From: Candidatus Aceula lacicola
GTDB taxonomy: Bacteria; Omnitrophota; Gorgyraeia; Zapsychrales; Aceulaceae
NCBI GenBank assembly: GCA_030765785.1
Contig: JAVCCC010000008.1
Span: 1 to 60,222 of the forward strand
DNA length: 60,222 nt
Direction: 5' to 3'
Part shown: positions 57,861 to 60,222 of the stretch, in pieces
How the letters are laid out: every line of letters starts with the position of its first letter
Numbering within the stretch: position 1 is the first letter of the stretch
Translations under genes and position numbers: made by a program
Notes under the pieces: model-generated
What the model was told of the DNA's origin: nothing
Seen by the model: the letters and a program-made list of their open reading frames with translations, nothing else
The model's database searches: none

Positions 57861-58301
57861 TTAAAAATCTTCAGTCGCAGGAATAATATCTGCAACGTCA
57901 TCCTCTGAAGGCTTTATCTCCGACGAACCACTACTTCCGGTTTCTTTTTCGTATGCCTCTAACACTTTTTTCTGAAGATATTCACGAAACTCTTTTGTCA
58001 CAGGATGTGCAATATCACGATGCTCTGACTTTGAATCTTCAGTCTTTCGAGACGCATCTTGAACACTTATCGAAGCGCCGCAATGATTACAAAACTTGCT
58101 ACCAACTTCATTTCTAAAATGACATTTGGAACACGACAACTTCACCTTTCGTGAAGGCATCGCAATAAAAAACCCATTTGTCGACTGAATCACCTTAATA
58201 TTTCGAACCACAAAACAGTCATCAAATGTAACTGTTGTGTACGCTTTCAGCTTTTTATCTTGTCCATCTCTTAAGAATACTCGAATTTCTGTTATTTCCA
58301 T
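57861..58301 (-). CDS. spoVG: SpoVG family protein with zinc-ribbon insertion
   Basis: MEITEIR..LKA...VTFD..FVV..IKVI....F.AMPSRK..DIAHP; CSKC..CNHC insert. Start moved to 58301 (SD AGGGGAG). Confidence 0.93.
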   Translation of the reverse strand: MEITEIRVFLRDGQDKKLKAYTTVTFDDCFVVRNIKVIQSTNGFFIAMPSRKVKLSCSKCHFRNEVGSKFCNHCGASISVQDASRKTEDSKSEHRDIAHPVTKEFREYLQKKVLEAYEKETGSSGSSEIKPSEDDVADIIPATEDF

Positions 58302-58329
58302 TGTTGCTCCCCTTGTTAAAAGGCTGAAA

Positions 58330-59187
58330 TTACAATGTCCTAACAACAAACACTTGCTTATAGCGATCTGACAATATAGATTGCATTCTTTTTGCCTCTT
58401 TTTCTGATTTAACAACACCAAAAATCGAAGGCCCGCTACCGGAAAAGCATACTTTAAGTCCGGTTATATATTCTATATTATTCTTTATTCTTAATAATAA
58501 TGGATGGACACGCACAATGGCTGCCTCCAAATCGTTCGAGAGAAGCCCGCCAACTTTCTCACAGGTGCCTTCCCTCAACGCGCGAGTAAGAATATTAACA
58601 TTATCCTTTCTCTTTGTCAACTTCATTTTAAATGCCCTAAATACCTCATTTGAATACACTTTTATGCCAGGAATAATCAAAATATGCCATGTTTTTTTGC
58701 TTAAATTAACACTTTTAATGCGATCTCCGCGCTCTGCCCCTAAACACCATATATATTTATATATAAATAAAGGCACATCGCTACCGATCTGCTTTGCATA
58801 ACTCACAAGTCGCTTTTCAGTTAGATTCAAGCGCCAAAGTCGGTTAAGGCCTAAGAGAGTTGTGGCCGCATTACTCGATCCTCCAGCCAATCCCGCAGCA
58901 ATAGGAATACGTTTTTTAATATGAATATCAACGCCGTTCGAAACCTGAAAATCTTTTTGAAGCACTTGAGCCGCTTTATATGCCAAATTCTTAGGACCCT
59001 TTGGAACACCAGGCCAATTGCAAAAAATACGAATTCTTTTATCTTTTCGAAGAGTTAATCGAATATCATCAAAAAAGTTTATCTTCTCAAAAAGAGTTGA
59101 AAGATTATGATATCCATCCGGTCTTTTACCAGCAACATGCAAAGAAAGGTTTAATTTGGCGGGAGATCGAAGGCAAATGCTTTTCAT
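58330..59187 (-). CDS. ispE: CDP-ME kinase
   Basis: SPAKLNL.L.V..KRPDGYH, KRIP..AGL.GGSSNAA, GSDVP, SGSG. Confidence 0.97.
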   Translation of the reverse strand: MKSICLRSPAKLNLSLHVAGKRPDGYHNLSTLFEKINFFDDIRLTLRKDKRIRIFCNWPGVPKGPKNLAYKAAQVLQKDFQVSNGVDIHIKKRIPIAAGLAGGSSNAATTLLGLNRLWRLNLTEKRLVSYAKQIGSDVPLFIYKYIWCLGAERGDRIKSVNLSKKTWHILIIPGIKVYSNEVFRAFKMKLTKRKDNVNILTRALREGTCEKVGGLLSNDLEAAIVRVHPLLLRIKNNIEYITGLKVCFSGSGPSIFGVVKSEKEAKRMQSILSDRYKQVFVVRTL

Positions 59188-59206
59188 AAATTTATTTCAC
59201 TAGTCT

Positions 59207-60187
59207 CTAGTTATTCTGCGTATCTTGTATCTTTTCTAAAATTTCTGTCTGGCCTGGCAGCATATCAACAGATTTCTGCCAGAAACGAACCGCGCTCTTT
59301 GGATTATCCATTTTATAATAAACATCTCCGATGTGATCATAGACAACAGGATCCTTAATAAATTTTTCAGCCCTCTCCAAAAACAAAAGAGCCTTATCAT
59401 AATCACCTTTTTTGTAATAGGCCCATCCTAAGCTATCTAAATAAGCGCCATTTTCTGGATCAACAGTTAAAGCACGCTGAACAAAATCAATCGCCTCGTC
59501 GAGATTTATCCCTTCTTCGGCATACAAATACCCTAACGAGTTTAGGCTTCCATCATGAATGGGATCAATAACAATAGAGCGCTTAAAAAAATCGATAGCT
59601 TTTTCCTTTTGAGAAATTTCTAAATAAAGAGACCCTAAAATAGATAAAATTTCAGCATTCTTTGGCTCAATCAAAATAATTTTCTCAAACTGCTCAATCG
59701 CTTGATTTATTTTTCCTTCAGCATAGTAAAGCTGGCCTAAAAACGCAACAACCTCTGCACTTTCTGGGTTTTCTTCAGCAATACGCATTAAAATAATTTC
59801 ATATTCATCAGTGGCTTTCTCTTCTTTTGATTGGGAAGAATAAATGAGAGCCAAAAGATAGTGGGCTTGGATATCTTTTGGATTAAGATCGGCTGCAACC
59901 TTTAATTCTTTAACAGCTTTTTCAAAATCGCCTAAGCGACCATAATTTGATCCGAGTTTTAAATGCGTGGCGTAATTATCTTGCTCGATATCAATAGATT
60001 CTTGATATTCACCAATTGCCTCGTCGGCAGATCCATTCCAGTCATGAATTAAACCCATGGTGTAATGGGCAAGTGCTTGAGCTTTTGCATCCGTAGATTC
60101 AACAGCAATGGCAGGGCTTAAAAACCCTGCCATGCAAAGTCCTAACAAACTGACGCAAACAAAAATTCTACTAATTAAAAGTCGCAT
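59207..60187 (-). CDS. Exported TPR-repeat protein
   Basis: Signal peptide; repeated TPR pattern including N.LGY.YA..G..LDEA..AL..P...AYLDSLGW.YY. Confidence 0.9.
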   Translation of the reverse strand: MRLLISRIFVCVSLLGLCMAGFLSPAIAVESTDAKAQALAHYTMGLIHDWNGSADEAIGEYQESIDIEQDNYATHLKLGSNYGRLGDFEKAVKELKVAADLNPKDIQAHYLLALIYSSQSKEEKATDEYEIILMRIAEENPESAEVVAFLGQLYYAEGKINQAIEQFEKIILIEPKNAEILSILGSLYLEISQKEKAIDFFKRSIVIDPIHDGSLNSLGYLYAEEGINLDEAIDFVQRALTVDPENGAYLDSLGWAYYKKGDYDKALLFLERAEKFIKDPVVYDHIGDVYYKMDNPKSAVRFWQKSVDMLPGQTEILEKIQDTQNN

Positions 60188-60222
60188 TAACGATTATTTT
60201 GTATCGCGTTTTTTCAAATGAC

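Noticed and set aside
36686-58421. Long N-terminal extensions on lolD, thiE, lpxA, pth and spoVG in the ORF track (also dbpA, alr and metG)
   Set aside because: Artefacts of choosing the longest ORF; downstream starts fit the SDs or stop/start overlaps.
13167-59189. Numerous 60-135 aa ORFs in the track overlapping long genes
   Set aside because: Antisense or alternate-frame shadows of well-conserved genes, without SDs or motifs.
1-60222. CRISPR array, rRNA, IS, integrase, intein or stop-codon reassignment
   Set aside because: No regularly spaced repeats or such genes were seen. TGA terminates several core genes (for example rhlE and tsaB), so the TGA at 4779 is not evidence of recoding.

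Overview
A 60 kb, AT-rich, mostly core-genome window from a diderm bacterium. The gene content (lipid A, Bam and Lol genes alongside a Firmicute-style mcsA-mcsB-clpC-radA-yacL-ispDF-cysES block and zinc-ribbon SpoVG) suggests the PVC group, possibly Omnitrophota; this is inference only. Most genes lie on the minus strand in three long runs: TPR-ispE-spoVG-tRNA-Gln-glmU-prs-rplY-pth-rpsF-ssb-rpsR-rplI-dnaB-bamA-skp-lpxD-lpxC/fabZ-lpxA-lpxI; a TPP-riboswitch-led thiE-S-G-H-F cluster followed by lexA; and lysS-lolE-lolD-ilvE-mcsA-mcsB-clpC through alr. The left end carries smpB and tmRNA (ssrA), then a small accessory region, then two DEAD-box helicases and an ABC-F ATPase. Most notable observations: (1) an integrase-less mini-element of about 1.35 kb at the ssrA 3' end, bounded by 104-bp direct repeats and TGGGCACCA arm-like sites and carrying one exported protein with a pilin-like C-terminus, followed by a decayed second unit; (2) a perfect CCACAC-N4-GTGTGG palindrome filling the -35/-10 spacer of a leaderless lexA promoter, a candidate undescribed SOS box; (3) a Maf-M48 protease fusion with an internal lipoprotein signal; (4) a TPP riboswitch with an extra J2/4 hairpin and almost no canonical P1. 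No CRISPR array, rRNA, integrase or transposase was seen. All calls come from motif recognition by eye; no searches were run.
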